Shown piece after piece: positions 62,144 through 64,000 of a DNA stretch of 64,000 bases; within the stretch, counting starts at the first letter, position 1; every line of letters begins with the position of its first letter. The notes beneath the pieces were generated by a model. It had not been told where the DNA came from, made no database searches, and worked only from the letters and a program-made list of their open reading frames with translations. The position numbers and the translations under genes are program-made. The stretch is from Curvularia clavata (lineage: Eukaryota). Where the stretch lies: the NCBI GenBank assembly GCA_023920165.1, contig CP089275.1:744001-808000 (forward strand), written 5' to 3'.

Positions 62144-63163
62144 ATGTCGACCACCGTTACTCCAATTAGTCATTCTTGTCCCAACCTCCAAGTTCGGACG
62201 CTTGGGAGCGGATTTTGTGTGGAGATCGAAAACCTTGATCTCGCAGCTGAAATCAACGATGACACCTTCAAGCTTCTGCAGGACCTCCTGACGAAGGTAA
62301 GCTACCTGGTTAGCCTGAGATTCATAATCCTCGCTGATTAATGATAGCACGGAGTGGTGGTTGTGCGCAAGACAGGTCTTAATGATGCCTCCCACATAGC
62401 CCTAGCCCGCAAGTTCGGTGAACTAGACGATGTGAAGCCATATAACAAAGCTGGGCGCAAGAACCGTCTTGCTTACGACGAGCTCTTCGATGTCGGCAAC
62501 ATTGAAGCTGACGATAGTCTCGTCTCACCCACCAGCCCACGTGCCCAAGCCAATAAGGGAAACAACTTTTTCCACGTCGACAGTAGCTTCAATCCGCGGC
62601 GAGCAGGCTACTCCTTACTTTTAGCTCACGAGCTACCTCCACCTGGCACAGGAGGCGCGACCGAGTTTTGCGACACGCGAGCAGCATGGGAAGACCTACC
62701 AGATGCTGTGAAGAGAGACTTGCTAATGAACAACTACGTCGCATGCCATTCCATTCTGCACTCAAAGAAACTCGCTGCGCCAGGTCACTTCGCAAACATC
62801 GAGCCTGCAGAGCATCCAATGGGCCGACACAGGCTGGTGCAGCCGCATGAGAAGTCTGGACGCACTAACTTGTATCTGGCTATGCACATACACCACCTAG
62901 AGGGCTTGGAACAGGAGAAAAGTCAAAAGCTTTTTGACATGCTGTTCCAACACGCCACTCAGGCCAAGTACCGGGTTGCGATCGAGTGGCACAATGTTGG
63001 CGACCTGGTCATCTGGGACAATACATGTACCATGCATCGAGCGATGGGAGGCGAATTTGCGTACAAGTACAGAAGGGACATGAGACGGGCCACGGTTCAT
63101 GATGGTAGCAGTCAAGCGTGGGGTCTCAATGAAAAGAGTGAGATGAGGCAGGGTCTTCCATAA
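62144..63163 (+). CDS. TauD/TfdA-family alpha-ketoglutarate-dependent dioxygenase (2,4-D dioxygenase-like)
   Basis: FHVDSSF (HxD), GG.TEFCD.RAAW and GDLVIWDNTCTMHR motifs; intron 62297-62347. Confidence 0.93.
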
Positions 63164-63266
63164 ACAATGCGTTTAGCTATAGCAAATCATGGTCCCACGA
63201 ATGCCTCTCAACTATCAGTATAATCTGCTAGGAGATGTATATCAATGGAATATTCTCGATTGAAAT

Positions 63267-63943
63267 TCAAGGCCTTCGAATCCGAACAAGCTCGCCGCCA
63301 TTTCCATATGCATATTCTGACCCTTCTACCCGGTCATAGTTTGCGACAACGCAGTGATCCAGGATAAATCCTCCACCGCGAGCGACATCGTTGCTGTCAT
63401 AGGTTTAGTGGTGAGGTATAACTAAATATGTGATATGGATACTCACCAATTGGAGTTGTGGTTACCATCGGTCGTCAGTACGCAACCACCAATTTGGCAC
63501 TGCAAATAAGCATCGCAGTTGCTCTTGCGTGCGACGGTGTTGATGCATGCAACAGCGTCAGAGATCTGATGAGTAAAGCAATGTTAGTTGAATTTTTGGG
63601 CGGGAGTCCTAGTTTCATGTTACGCACAGGACAATCAGTATTAGGCTGCTCATAGCAGCTGGCACGCTTCTGGAATAAACTACGAGCTTGCCTGGCTATA
63701 TTCCCGTAGGTTAGCTTCTATGTAGACAAGATGGATCGATCGGACGGCTGAAATACCTTCTGGTGGGCTGCTGAACTGTCCCGCCTTGAAGGCCTCGACG
63801 ACCTCCTCAGGTGTCATATTATCGCCATCAGGGTTGGCAACGATACCTTCAACCCATTCGGAAAAGGATGATACAGCCTTAGCGGCAGTAACAGCCTGAC
63901 TAAGGGCCAGCAGAGAGGCAATGTAAGATACGATTTGAACCAT
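63267..63943 (-). CDS. Small secreted Cys-rich protein with a pro-domain and Kex2 site (candidate effector), 4 exons
   Basis: Signal peptide; pro-region SFSEWVEGI..NPDG; spliced ..SLFQKR/ASCYEQPNTDCP|ISDAVACIN...NC|NDVARGGGFILDHC...GNGGELVRIRRP*. Confidence 0.8.
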
Positions 63944-64000
63944 AGTGCTAACTGATGGTACTAATGGAGGACACTCAGAGTTGCGTATATTGAGATGGAG

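Overview
Eukaryotic genomic DNA from a filamentous ascomycete, most likely a Fusarium-like Sordariomycete. The taxon is inferred from gene families, short GT-AG introns with CTRAC branch sites, and RIP signatures; no search was run. Bases 1-8.5 kb are a heavily RIP-mutated nest of Ty3/gypsy retrotransposons (one a chromovirus carrying a degenerate antisense Cys-rich ORF), LTRs and pogo/Fot1 DNA transposons inserted into one another. The rest is an accessory-type region. Apparently intact genes include a PhiA-like wall protein, a spliced triple-CVNH-lectin/HET-domain fusion, an S53 sedolisin, a DHA1 MFS transporter, two divergent Zn2Cys6 TF-enzyme pairs, a ~7-TM protein and a Kex2-processed small secreted protein. 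About ten pseudogenes are interleaved (DUF7730-like, MFS, secreted effector-like, 2EXR, LysM, Zn-ADH, DUF302, 2OG-Fe(II) oxygenase, DUF6604, RNase H1 N-terminal-domain protein), plus a full-length pogo element with RIP stops confined to its 3' end. The most notable candidates are the cytoplasmic CVNH x3-HET fusion (possible lectin-gated cell-death receptor) and the retrotransposon-borne antisense Zn-cluster-like ORF. Domain names come from motif recognition by eye and need HMM confirmation.
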